A stretch of 64,000 nucleotides of DNA from an uncultured virus (IMG/VR IMGVR_UViG_3300026518_000010). Lineage: Duplodnaviria > Heunggongvirae > Uroviricota > Caudoviricetes. The DNA lies in IMG/VR virus record IMGVR_UViG_3300026518_000010; one strand, written 5' to 3'. The notes beneath the pieces were generated by a model. That model was not told where the DNA came from, did no database searches, and saw nothing but the letters and a program-made list of their open reading frames with translations. Positions 1 through 9,256 of this stretch are shown here, in pieces; positions within the stretch are counted from its first letter, which is position 1, and each line of letters starts with the position of its first letter. The translations under genes were made by a program, and so were the position numbers.

Positions 1-1310
1 TAATCAAGATTTACTATATTATAATGTGGTTCTAATGTCTTAGCCATCTCAGCCATTTTCTCATCTAGTAATAAAGTTAAGTTCATTTGGTCTCCATCAA
101 AATCTGCATTAGGAGCTTTAACTATTAAAGTAGATAATGAAATAGTATTATCTCCCATATCTGTTTTAACTTTCGTTATTCTTAACCTTTGACTACTACC
201 TTGTAAAAGTGAAGGATTCCTATGGAATAAACAAGGTACTCCTTTTTCAGGCGTGTCTTTTATATAACTAGATAATAGCTCGTATATTTCATTATCAAAT
301 GTTGTAGATGCTGCAAAAACTTTATCAGAAGCTTCTCTATATGTATAATTTTTCTGAATTAATAGATTTATTATATGTGGTCTAAATAATGGAACTGCTA
401 CACTCCAAGGAACATGTAATTCGTCATATTCATGTTTACCAGATATTGCTGTAATTACTGCTCTAGCTGTAAAGTGTGCTCTAGTACCATAAATATGTTT
501 TCTTATCAATTTCTTTTTACCAGATAAGTTTTCTTTAACATACTTAATAAATAATTCAGATACTAAAGATATAATTTTAGCCGTTGTTATTTCTAATCTT
601 TTCTCTGTTACTTTAGGAGCATTAACTGTATTCAATGTTAATGTAGCTACATTAATAATATCTCCTAAAATAGATGATGTATAACTATCTTTATTATTCT
701 TTTCTATAATAAAGAAATTGTTATTAAACAACGGTAGATACTGAGAAAATATTTCATTTTTATTTTCTTTTAACTTCTTAAGAAGTGTATCTATTATTAA
801 TTGTTTTTCTGGAGATTTAAATTTAGAATATCCTTTTAGAAATTCCAATATTTTATCTAAGTTATTTATAACATTATAATAACCTCTTCCTCCAATAATA
901 GCTTTTATCGTATGCCAAAACGATTGTACTGATGGTGGATTGTAAGTAGTGTCTGCTAACCAACCCATAGCGTTTTCTTTACCCATTATCATATTCATTG
1001 CTCCCCATATATACGGAGATAAAAATGGTGCATCTGGTTTTAATTGTCTAACCCATATAAATGGTTTTAATTCGCTAAATCTATCTTCTACGTAAGTAGA
1101 ACATGCGTTACAGTATTCTCCTTTAAGATAATTGCCTTGCAGCTTACCACATTTACATTGTGGTACTAAACTTAATTCATTTTCGTATGTAATAAATAAT
1201 TGATCTACTAGATTTTTAATATCCATTATGTGTAAATCATTAATTATAATCTTATTAGAGGTTTCGTTAAACAAATCCTCCATGTTCTTAAATGTCATTA
1301 CTACTGCCAT
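1..1310 (-). CDS. Non-virion multisubunit RNA polymerase beta' N-terminal subunit (phiKZ gp55-like), runs off window start
   Basis: Manually translated; not in ORF track. ATG at 1310 after AGGAG; Zn-finger CKCG...CNAC, RKHIYGTRAHFTARAVI, RNPSL, catalytic APNADFDGDQMN (NADFDGD at 90-110); downstream of chimallin as in phiKZ/201phi2-1. Confidence 0.93.
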   Translation of the reverse strand, partial: MAVVMTFKNMEDLFNETSNKIIINDLHIMDIKNLVDQLFITYENELSLVPQCKCGKLQGNYLKGEYCNACSTYVEDRFSELKPFIWVRQLKPDAPFLSPYIWGAMNMIMGKENAMGWLADTTYNPPSVQSFWHTIKAIIGGRGYYNVINNLDKILEFLKGYSKFKSPEKQLIIDTLLKKLKENKNEIFSQYLPLFNNNFFIIEKNNKDSYTSSILGDIINVATLTLNTVNAPKVTEKRLEITTAKIISLVSELFIKYVKENLSGKKKLIRKHIYGTRAHFTARAVITAISGKHEYDELHVPWSVAVPLFRPHIINLLIQKNYTYREASDKVFAASTTFDNEIYELLSSYIKDTPEKGVPCLFHRNPSLLQGSSQRLRITKVKTDMGDNTISLSTLIVKAPNADFDGDQMNLTLLLDEKMAEMAKTLEPHYNIVNLD

Positions 1311-1334
1311 AATTTCTCCTTTAATTTGTTTTTT

Positions 1335-1343
1335 GCATTTTAG
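1335..1343 (-). promoter_or_regulatory. CTAAAATGC phage promoter-like motif
   Basis: Recurrent motif about 25 nt upstream of start codon; about 13 related copies in window. Confidence 0.6.
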
Positions 1344-1377
1344 TTATTTATATGTAATAAATATTAGAAAAAAAAAT

Positions 1378-1407
1378 ATTAATAGTAAGGGCATCCTTAC
1401 TATTAAT
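1378..1407. terminator. Intrinsic terminator hairpin
   Basis: 13-bp inverted repeat ATTAATAGTAAGG-gcat-CCTTACTATTAAT followed by T-run on minus strand. Confidence 0.75.
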
Positions 1408-1410
1408 AAA

Positions 1411-2535
1411 TTATAAACCATTTCTTTTTAGTTCTTCTTTCTCTGCTTTAATTTCTTCGTCTTTAGATTTATCAGTTGTCGAAAAATCATCAGGCATTAC
1501 TGTCTTATAAAAATCCTTATTTAAATAAGGAAAATAATCTTCTGTTACTTCATCCTGTTTAAATTCTTCTTGTCTTATAAAACCTTTATAAAAGTATACA
1601 CCACATAAGTGTAAATATCCATAGAAATATCTACTTATGTACGATTCAGTTGCTTCCTTTTCTTTAGTCATAATCTTAGCTCTTAAATTGTTAAGCATTA
1701 GATTATAAAAAAATGAACTATGTAACCCATAACCTGGAAAGAAATAAGGTTTTTCTTTAACTAATATCTCACTACCATCATCATACTCAACAGCACCATA
1801 TTGTAAATAATGAAATTTGAATACAATAGAATTTAAAAGTATCTCTTCCATATCGTCCTTAGTAATAGTATAGTTAGGATTAGGATCTTTATTTTTCTTT
1901 GTTTCATAATTATCTTCGTTGTTTAAATACACTTTATTATTATTAAAGTATACTATATATTTATTATGTTTAAATAACCCTACATATCTATATGTAGGCT
2001 GAGGAGCAACAGTTTCACCACCACTACTACTAGTATTACCACCAGTAGAACTATCAGTAGCAGCAGGTGGTTGTTCTATTATTTTTATATAACATTTATC
2101 TCCAACTTCATATTCTATAGTATTACCCTCGGCAGTGACTGCATCTTTAATAAAATTATAATTTATCACTGTCATAGATTTAACATACCATTTAAAGATA
2201 TCTTCTATTTTATTACCGCTTTCTTTTAAGTAGTTATCAAATAGTAATTTTATTTTATCTTTAGGTATATAACTATCTGATAGCTTATCTAAAAAATATT
2301 TAGGGTTATAGTAAAATGGTGCAAATAAAGACAACGCATCTAAAGGCTCTTTATGGTTTATAAAATAATTTTTATTACCAGCTATAAGACCATTTCTATA
2401 AGAAACAAAATCATTCTTATATTCACTAGCTGTTTTTGATAAAGATAACCCACCTTTATCTAACGCATAACCTATAGCATTCGTATCAGTTAATGCTAAA
2501 TCCAAATTTAAACTTATTTTATTATCACTATTCAT
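1411..2535 (-). CDS. Hypothetical protein with internal S/G/T-rich linker
   Basis: 374-aa ORF with AAGGA RBS; no motif recognised. Confidence 0.7.
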   Translation of the reverse strand: MNSDNKISLNLDLALTDTNAIGYALDKGGLSLSKTASEYKNDFVSYRNGLIAGNKNYFINHKEPLDALSLFAPFYYNPKYFLDKLSDSYIPKDKIKLLFDNYLKESGNKIEDIFKWYVKSMTVINYNFIKDAVTAEGNTIEYEVGDKCYIKIIEQPPAATDSSTGGNTSSSGGETVAPQPTYRYVGLFKHNKYIVYFNNNKVYLNNEDNYETKKNKDPNPNYTITKDDMEEILLNSIVFKFHYLQYGAVEYDDGSEILVKEKPYFFPGYGLHSSFFYNLMLNNLRAKIMTKEKEATESYISRYFYGYLHLCGVYFYKGFIRQEEFKQDEVTEDYFPYLNKDFYKTVMPDDFSTTDKSKDEEIKAEKEELKRNGL

Positions 2536-2595
2536 TTTACATCCTTTCTATTTATTTTAAAGATGGAAAAAAAAATGGGAGCAAGCCCAAGGTTC

Positions 2596-4386
2596 TTAAT
2601 AATAGAACCCTGAGTTTACATATCCATAATTATTATATTGGTATCCTCCACCGAATCCAGGTGTTGCTCCAATACTAGAGTTTAACATAGATGCTGCTAT
2701 TGAACTAGTTGTGATAGTAGATAAATCAGCGAAGTTAGTAAAGTTAGTATTTGTATTTAGAATTGGATTAAATCTTAATTCATTAATACCTTTAATTAAC
2801 TCTGCCATAAAATTAGGGTCTAGATATACTCTAACTGCTTTGTTATGTATTCTAGCATTTAATCCTAATTTATTATATACTTCAATTTTAGTTAAATAAG
2901 GATCAACATTAGATACTTTTGGATCTTCATTACTAGAAATCCATTTGTGAATAATATTGATGTCTTTTGTTAAATTAATAACAGTAGCTAAATCGATTTC
3001 TCTTAAATCTCTTGTAATACCGTTATTATCTACCCACTCACCTACTGGTACTTCAATTGCGTATCTAAATACAACTCTATTACTGAATGGTCTACCAACT
3101 AATGTTTCAGCTGTTTGTACGATAAATTCATTAGCTTTAGCCCAAGTACTAGGATTGATTAACGCTGCAAATGGAGATACTTTAAAGAACTCTCTACCAT
3201 TTAATTCTGTTTCAAATGCAATTGCTGCTCTATTTGTAAATAATTTAGATAAATACATTAATCCTTTTTCATAAGTGTATTTTTTATCTTTAATGTTTAC
3301 AATTGAACCAAATCCTTCTGCACCTTCTAAATTACATAAGAAGTTTAATGCACCTGAATTGTTTTTATTATATAGTAAATCTAATAATACATTTTGTTGG
3401 TTTAACACTGCTGTATTTACTAAATTTAATAATGTAAATCCAAGTGTAGGATATTGTGTATCAACTTCACTAGTAATAAGCACTGGTAATGCTTTAAATT
3501 TTTGTTTACCTGTGAAATCTGTTTCTGCAACAATTCCTTCTTCTACATAACCACTAATACTTCCTAATTGAGTTACTTGGTCCGTGATTCCTGGAATCAT
3601 TTGTTTTTGTTCTTGTTTTTTAGTAGAAAGTTTTACAATATAGTCAATTGCTGAAACTCTACCAAGTTTGTTAATACCAGCTCCACTATTAAGTGTTACA
3701 TCTGCGTATGCTGATGTATTCGGTGCTAGGATTTTACTAATTTCTAAATCTTTATATACGCCTTTAGATTTAGAATACATAATCCACATTCCACCAATAG
3801 CGTCTACTGCTGCATAAGGTGCTACAGCATTCATTTCTGCGTTATGTGGTACGATTTCCCCATCTATGTATTTAATATTTTTACCAGGGTAGCTTACTTT
3901 AAGTGATTTTTCAATTTCACCGATGATGATATTATTGAAATAGTCACTTGGTGTAAATAATAAGCTAGAATCTTTAACTCTAGCTAATCCTGTTCTAGGA
4001 TCTGCTTCTAGCATAGTTCCAATAGCAACTGGTTCTCTTCCAGTCCCTTCTAATAAGAACGGCATATAATATACGTCATTCGTATCTGGTCTTGTTCCTG
4101 CTACTATTACAAAACTATACGCCCATCCCTGCGCATTCGATTGGTTATCAAATGCTAATAATTTAAGGTCGAATAAATCTTGGTCTTTTACTGCTTCAAC
4201 AATTCCTTCTTTGAATTGTCTAACATAATCAGATACCATATTAGGTCTGATAAATCCACCGAAAAAGTTCATTCCCATATCTGCACCTGTACTAGTTTTA
4301 CTAGTATTACTTGTTCTTTCTTCACTTCTTTTTGTTCCTTCAACCTCGATATTTTCGAGGCTTACTCTTTTACTGTTTACTGCCAT
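2596..4386 (-). CDS. chmA: Chimallin, phage nuclear shell protein
   Basis: 596 aa; disordered N-terminus, LLAFDNQ...WAYSFVIV...YYMPFLLEGTG segment, DLREIDL motif, G/Y-rich C-terminal tail; immediately upstream of nvRNAP beta' as for phiKZ gp54-gp55. Confidence 0.82.
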   Translation of the reverse strand: MAVNSKRVSLENIEVEGTKRSEERTSNTSKTSTGADMGMNFFGGFIRPNMVSDYVRQFKEGIVEAVKDQDLFDLKLLAFDNQSNAQGWAYSFVIVAGTRPDTNDVYYMPFLLEGTGREPVAIGTMLEADPRTGLARVKDSSLLFTPSDYFNNIIIGEIEKSLKVSYPGKNIKYIDGEIVPHNAEMNAVAPYAAVDAIGGMWIMYSKSKGVYKDLEISKILAPNTSAYADVTLNSGAGINKLGRVSAIDYIVKLSTKKQEQKQMIPGITDQVTQLGSISGYVEEGIVAETDFTGKQKFKALPVLITSEVDTQYPTLGFTLLNLVNTAVLNQQNVLLDLLYNKNNSGALNFLCNLEGAEGFGSIVNIKDKKYTYEKGLMYLSKLFTNRAAIAFETELNGREFFKVSPFAALINPSTWAKANEFIVQTAETLVGRPFSNRVVFRYAIEVPVGEWVDNNGITRDLREIDLATVINLTKDINIIHKWISSNEDPKVSNVDPYLTKIEVYNKLGLNARIHNKAVRVYLDPNFMAELIKGINELRFNPILNTNTNFTNFADLSTITTSSIAASMLNSSIGATPGFGGGYQYNNYGYVNSGFYY

Positions 4387-4421
4387 AATTTCTCCTTTAA
4401 TGTTTGATTTTTATTCTTTTG

Positions 4422-4430
4422 GCATCTTAG
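4422..4430 (-). promoter_or_regulatory. CTAAGATGC promoter-like motif upstream of chimallin
   Basis: Variant of the recurrent motif. Confidence 0.55.
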
Positions 4431-4583
4431 TGATATCAAGTAGAAAAAAGTTAGAAATCAATTTTTCTTTACATATTTCTACGAGTCAGCGGGTTCATCT
4501 TTACAGACGAGGACTATCTGTAAAAATATAATAGTCTCTCATAATAGAGATAAAGTAAAAAAAAAATAAAAAAGAGGAAAGCC

Positions 4584-5507
4584 TTAAATAGACTTAATAT
4601 AGTCTATTAAAGCTTCTTTACTTTTAAATACCCCGAAGAAATTCCTTTTATGAAGGAATTCACATCCTTCTGGTAAAGGATCTCTGTGAGGCACTGCTCT
4701 ACCTCTTCTTCCAAAACTACCAGGTTTATCTGGTACATTTTGAATTTTCCAGCTATCTTGGACACTATCGTACCAAATAACCAGATCGATATGATTAAAC
4801 TCTTCTATATCGAAGACTATATCATTCCAACCTGGTAAATACTCAGGCATTTCTAATACCTTTGGTAAAACTTCTTTAGATTTTTTCAGCTTTATATAAG
4901 TTTTTTCTTTTTCATTTGATCTAATTTTAACATTGATAATAATGTCCATAGTGTTCATTACAGCTTTAGCAAAATGAACATCTTGTTGCTTACTGTATAT
5001 ATCAGTACTATTTTGCAATGATACCATCCAAGGGAATGTCCCTTCATAATACCCTTGGTATATGCCGATATCATTTTCATCTACCATCTTTATAAATGGG
5101 TCTAATTCTGCAGCCTCATATTTAGAAACAGACCCATTATCTCTAAAATATTTGTATATAAGTCCGGCAGCTGCATTACCGAACTCTTCGTCTCCTTGAC
5201 CATATTGATGATGGTCAAATCTAAGATTTTTAGAGTCATAAACTCTACCAACATCCGCTACGTAAATTCTCGTAGCTTTATGTTCTTTCTCAAGAACATT
5301 TATAACTTCCTCAATATCAGCTTGGTGAGGTATCCTAGTAAATATTACTCTACTTCCTCTTAACGCTAAATCGTCATAAACTGCTACAAGAGCTGTAGCA
5401 GTTACGTCGTCAGCATGAAATACACCTGCGTGCACTACTACTGCAACTGTCCCATTTATCCCATTACCTTCTGTTAATACATTTACATTTAGATTTAATT
5501 TTTCCAT
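4584..5507 (-). CDS. MYG1 (UPF0160) family DHH-type exonuclease
   Basis: HAGVFHADDV, DVGRVYD..RFDHHQ, AAAGLIY, MVDENDIG, FLHKRNF motifs; start moved to ATG 5507 behind AAGGAG. Confidence 0.88.
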   Translation of the reverse strand: MEKLNLNVNVLTEGNGINGTVAVVVHAGVFHADDVTATALVAVYDDLALRGSRVIFTRIPHQADIEEVINVLEKEHKATRIYVADVGRVYDSKNLRFDHHQYGQGDEEFGNAAAGLIYKYFRDNGSVSKYEAAELDPFIKMVDENDIGIYQGYYEGTFPWMVSLQNSTDIYSKQQDVHFAKAVMNTMDIIINVKIRSNEKEKTYIKLKKSKEVLPKVLEMPEYLPGWNDIVFDIEEFNHIDLVIWYDSVQDSWKIQNVPDKPGSFGRRGRAVPHRDPLPEGCEFLHKRNFFGVFKSKEALIDYIKSI

Positions 5508-5606
5508 TTTTGTCTCCTTAAAGACAGAGTAACTTTCTTGATTTTCCAACCCAAAGGCGTACTCTTTCAATACTCGTTACTCAAAATTTTATTTCTTGCA
5601 CATTAG
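5508..5606 (-). promoter_or_regulatory. Conserved structured 5' leader, copy 1 (promoter motif, double AGUA/GAA hairpin, RBS hairpin)
   Basis: Homologous to 13368-13465 and 54990-55087 with compensatory base changes. Confidence 0.8.
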
Positions 5607-5679
5607 GTATATATAAATAAAAAAATTAAGAAATTAAATTATAGGACTGATTTGAACGAAACATATAAAAGGAGTTATA

Positions 5680-6750
5680 ATGTATAAATTATTAGAATAT
5701 TTCAGCAGTTATTCTGAAAACACAATTAGATATCCTAAACACTTTCCAGACGATTTTGATTATTTAATTTCTAGATTAGCATTAAAATTTAATGGAGCGT
5801 CTGAGGGGAGTTATAATTTGGATATAAGAGTACAAAGACCTAACATATTTACATCTTTATTAAACGATATTGAACTTATATTAACAGATGATGTATTCGA
5901 AATATACGATAGTATCCTTAATGATGGAATTTATTTTGTAAACAACTATTATTTTACATCTACTAAAAATAAAGGTAAACCTTTAAAAAATATAATATTA
6001 CACAACATCGATGAGTTCTTCTTATTAGAAGAAGATACTGGCGTTAATCTTTTAGATTTTGAAGATACGTGGAGAACTTATGAAAGTATAAAAGTAATAG
6101 CTAGTGATAATACAGAACTAGTTTTTAAACATCTTTATAAAACAGAATTAGAATTTACTAGTTATATTATTTATAAAGTAGATATCGTAGCTTTAACATT
6201 ACAATATTATTATTGGATAAAAGAAGAAAAAGAAAAAAGTGTAGAAGCTGATTTAGATTCAGCATTATTTTTAAATAGAATACCTTTTAATAATCTTATT
6301 AAATCTTTTAATATAAATGCTTTAACAAATCTATTCTTAACATTTAATAATAAAAGTGATTTAAATGTTATTTATAGTAGAGTAAGCGGTAGTGTTACTA
6401 ATATAAATAAATATATTATATCAGTAGCTAAAGATTGGAAAAAGATCTTACATAAACAACGTTATAGAAGTTATTTCGATTTTACAAAACGTTTTTACCC
6501 ATACACTAAACCATTGTACGATTTAAATAAATTTATAACTATCATAAATAATCAAAATGAATGGTTATACTTTTTAGCGGAATTAACTAAATTATCTTAT
6601 TATATAGATTTTGTTAAAAACGATAATGAATTTATAAGTAAATTAAAAATAACTTTAAAAGAATTTAAAAGAAAAAATATAAGGCTTGATGAAATAAGTA
6701 ATTTTTATTTAAATAATTTAATTATGACAATAGAAGAAAAAATAAGATAA
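5680..6750 (+). CDS. Hypothetical protein, probably phiKZ-like conserved
   Basis: 356 aa, AAAGGAG RBS; WRTYESIKVI and VDIVALTLQY segments reminiscent of chimallivirus conserved proteins. Confidence 0.65.
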   Translation: MYKLLEYFSSYSENTIRYPKHFPDDFDYLISRLALKFNGASEGSYNLDIRVQRPNIFTSLLNDIELILTDDVFEIYDSILNDGIYFVNNYYFTSTKNKGKPLKNIILHNIDEFFLLEEDTGVNLLDFEDTWRTYESIKVIASDNTELVFKHLYKTELEFTSYIIYKVDIVALTLQYYYWIKEEKEKSVEADLDSALFLNRIPFNNLIKSFNINALTNLFLTFNNKSDLNVIYSRVSGSVTNINKYIISVAKDWKKILHKQRYRSYFDFTKRFYPYTKPLYDLNKFITIINNQNEWLYFLAELTKLSYYIDFVKNDNEFISKLKITLKEFKRKNIRLDEISNFYLNNLIMTIEEKIR

Positions 6751-6760
6751 GTAGGAAATC

Positions 6761-7072
6761 CTACTTATCTTTTGCTAATTTATCACTAAGATAAAATATA
6801 AACTTATCTAAACTTCTATTTAATTTTTTATAATAGTAGTATGCAGAATCATATACTGTATCAAAAATAGTATAAACTATTAAAACTAAAGCTACGAATA
6901 AATTTACTAATGGTATAAACATAGCAATTAACATAAATTTAATAGTAAACTTATCATCTTCACAAGCATACGACCTATACTGATCTTTACAATCTTTCAT
7001 CTCTACTAACTTATTTTTAATATAGTTAATTATAATAATCATAGAACCAAAATAAAGAATTAGAAAACTCAT
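6761..7072 (-). CDS. Small membrane protein
   Basis: Two hydrophobic segments; overlaps upstream stop (ATGA). Confidence 0.65.
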   Translation of the reverse strand: MSFLILYFGSMIIIINYIKNKLVEMKDCKDQYRSYACEDDKFTIKFMLIAMFIPLVNLFVALVLIVYTIFDTVYDSAYYYYKKLNRSLDKFIFYLSDKLAKDK

Positions 7073-7293
7073 TTTAAATCTCCTTTAACTAAGCTTAATA
7101 ATAAAGCAGCGATAAATAGAATACCAAAACCTAAACTTAATAAAGATACCACCATTATAGCTATAATAGTAACTATAGGCATTATTAAAACTATTAAATA
7201 ATCTATCTTATTTATAGGTTTAGTTCTGTATATTAAAATATACAGTCCTAATGAAAATATAACATAACCTACTAAAATTAATGCATATGACAT
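7069..7293 (-). CDS. Small membrane protein
   Basis: 74 aa, nearly all hydrophobic; AAGGAG RBS. Confidence 0.65.
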   Translation of the reverse strand: MSYALILVGYVIFSLGLYILIYRTKPINKIDYLIVLIMPIVTIIAIMVVSLLSLGFGILFIAALLLSLVKGDLK

Positions 7294-7535
7294 TGTTTAC
7301 TCCTTTTCTTACAATTTTCTACATATTCATTTATTAATTCTTTTTTATATGGATAATTCTCTGTTTGGAACATAAGCACATTGTAATTATTTCTTATATG
7401 TTCGCACAATTCTTCAAATGCTTTTATCTCATCTTCTGGGAAAAAATGCATAGATCCATACTTACACCTATCTTCAATTATATTTGTATATCTTCTATAC
7501 AATAAATCAAATACTTCTAATTCTAACTTAGGCAT
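7278..7535 (-). CDS. Hypothetical protein
   Basis: 85 aa, AAAGGAG RBS. Confidence 0.65.
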   Translation of the reverse strand: MPKLELEVFDLLYRRYTNIIEDRCKYGSMHFFPEDEIKAFEELCEHIRNNYNVLMFQTENYPYKKELINEYVENCKKRSKQCHMH

Positions 7536-7632
7536 TGTTTCTCCTTTATTGTTTAATTTATTCTTGCATTATAAGTATACGCAATCGTATATAATTAGAA
7601 AAAATAATTAGATGAATTTTTAAAGGATAACT

Positions 7633-8397
7633 ATGAAAAAAACATTATTGCTTATATTAACATTATTATACACAAATTTACACGCAAGGTGTAAAGTAAA
7701 TTATAAAAAGTACATACCTGTAAATGCAGTTAAATTAATTCCGTTATTACACGAAGAAAGTACTAAGATATTGCCTAATTTTAATTTTTATCCATATTTC
7801 CCTGCGCTAATAGAACATGAATCTTGTATTACTTTATGTAGTAAAAGATGTTGGAATGCTAAAAGTAGATTAAAAACATCTAGAGAAGAAGGAGCAGGAT
7901 TAGGGCAAATAACAAGAGCTTGGAGAAACGGTAAATTAAGATTTGATACTTTAGCTGTGCTTAAAAGAAAATATAGAAAACAACTACACGACTTAAACTG
8001 GAAAAACATTTATGATAAACCTAAATTACAAATAAGAGCAATGTTATTATTATGGAGAAATAATTATAAAAGATTTCCTAATGATATAAATTTTATAAAT
8101 AAACTAGCGTTTTCAGATGCTAGTTATAATCAAGGGTATTATAGAACTTATAAGGACAGACAACTATGTAAATTAAAAAACAATTGTAATCCTAAGATAT
8201 GGTTTAATAATGTAGAAAAAACCTGTACAGCTAGTAAAAGAATATTGTACGGTAATCGTTCTGCTTGTGATATAAGTAGACATCACGTTAGGGACGTTTT
8301 TGCTAGAATACCTAAATATTATTTCTTTTATTCTAAACTAGGATATACTAATATTAATGATTTAATGACTTTTTTAAAAATAAAAAATAGTGAGTAA
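7633..8397 (+). CDS. Secreted lytic transglycosylase (SLT/lysozyme-like), candidate endolysin
   Basis: Signal peptide ending LHA; IEHES catalytic Glu, GAGLGQIT, ASYNQG motifs; several Cys. Confidence 0.82.
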   Translation: MKKTLLLILTLLYTNLHARCKVNYKKYIPVNAVKLIPLLHEESTKILPNFNFYPYFPALIEHESCITLCSKRCWNAKSRLKTSREEGAGLGQITRAWRNGKLRFDTLAVLKRKYRKQLHDLNWKNIYDKPKLQIRAMLLLWRNNYKRFPNDINFINKLAFSDASYNQGYYRTYKDRQLCKLKNNCNPKIWFNNVEKTCTASKRILYGNRSACDISRHHVRDVFARIPKYYFFYSKLGYTNINDLMTFLKIKNSE

Positions 8398-8414
8398 AAT
8401 TACTCACTATTTTT
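8383..8414. terminator. Bidirectional terminator
   Basis: Inverted repeat AAAAATAGTGAGTAA/TTACTCACTATTTTT between convergent genes. Confidence 0.8.
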
Positions 8415-8424
8415 ACTTTATTTT

Positions 8425-9216
8425 TTATAAAAATGGATTAACACCCATTTGGATATATTTAGAATAACTTTTATCATCATTCATAAACATTATTTTACCC
8501 ATAACTTCTTTTAGCATAGTCATATAACTTTCATATGCATCCGAATATCCATCTACTATGTCTTTAATAACAGACAGTTCTCTACCTCCTACTATTAATC
8601 CTTTATTTAAATCAACAACTAATGTATTATAAATATAAGCTTTAGTAGCCCATACTGCCAACTCTCCAAATCTATTATAATAACTAGGATTAAGATTATT
8701 AAGGTGTTTATCGTTTTCAATCATAACTGTTAAATACCCTACTATAAGTGGTAAATTTTCATGTACTAGAATAGTATTATTTCCTATTAATTCTAAATCT
8801 GTAGTAGTAAAACCAGTTGGGGTAGACCTAGTATTGACAGCCGCTTCAGCCATCTGTACAAAATAACTATTATCACCGCTATTACCAGGGCCATACTCTA
8901 AAGAAATTTGTAATGCTGAAACTATGTTTCTACCATTTAATATTCTAGGTGGAACTTTAATAACTGTTTCTAATCTAAATTGGTCTGGAGATACAGTCAT
9001 CATCTGACAGTCTTGTAAGTTTATGCTTATCTCTTGTCCTCTAACAACATTTAAATCAGGAAGAATCTTAGCTTCTATGACGTTATCTATTATTAACTTG
9101 TCTAATGGAACTATCTCTGAAGTATAATACTGGTGTCTTCTCACAAATGCTAAATCTAATATATCTTTAGGTATAACATATTTAATATCTATTAATGCTT
9201 TAGTAATTGCATCCAT
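8425..9216 (-). CDS. phiKZ-like conserved protein, probably virion structural
   Basis: MDAITKAL..IKYVIPKDILDLAF N-terminus and ATKAYIYN motif resemble chimallivirus conserved proteins. Confidence 0.6.
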   Translation of the reverse strand: MDAITKALIDIKYVIPKDILDLAFVRRHQYYTSEIVPLDKLIIDNVIEAKILPDLNVVRGQEISINLQDCQMMTVSPDQFRLETVIKVPPRILNGRNIVSALQISLEYGPGNSGDNSYFVQMAEAAVNTRSTPTGFTTTDLELIGNNTILVHENLPLIVGYLTVMIENDKHLNNLNPSYYNRFGELAVWATKAYIYNTLVVDLNKGLIVGGRELSVIKDIVDGYSDAYESYMTMLKEVMGKIMFMNDDKSYSKYIQMGVNPFL

Positions 9217-9256
9217 TTTTTATTCCTTTATCTTTTTTAATCAAAAAAGAAAAAAA

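Noticed and set aside
1228..1416. 62-aa plus-strand ORF
   Set aside because: Overlaps the start, promoter motif and terminator region of the minus-strand RNAP gene; no RBS.
2711..3550. Plus-strand ORFs antisense to chimallin (and similar ones at 30550-31599, 33553-34119, 41325-42011, 48111-48689, 60240-60746)
   Set aside because: Shadow frames of strongly biased real genes; no RBS and unnatural composition.
4470..4530. Possible hammerhead, pistol or preQ1 identity of the element upstream of chmA
   Set aside because: Required conserved cores (e.g. CUGAnGA with GAAA) are not present in the right arrangement; kept only as an unassigned structure.
5508..5570. TTG-initiated N-terminal extension of MYG1 in the ORF track
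   Set aside because: It runs through the conserved leader; the RBS-associated ATG is at 5507. Starts at 11906, 16411, 32042, 35122 and 51747 were shortened for similar RBS reasons.
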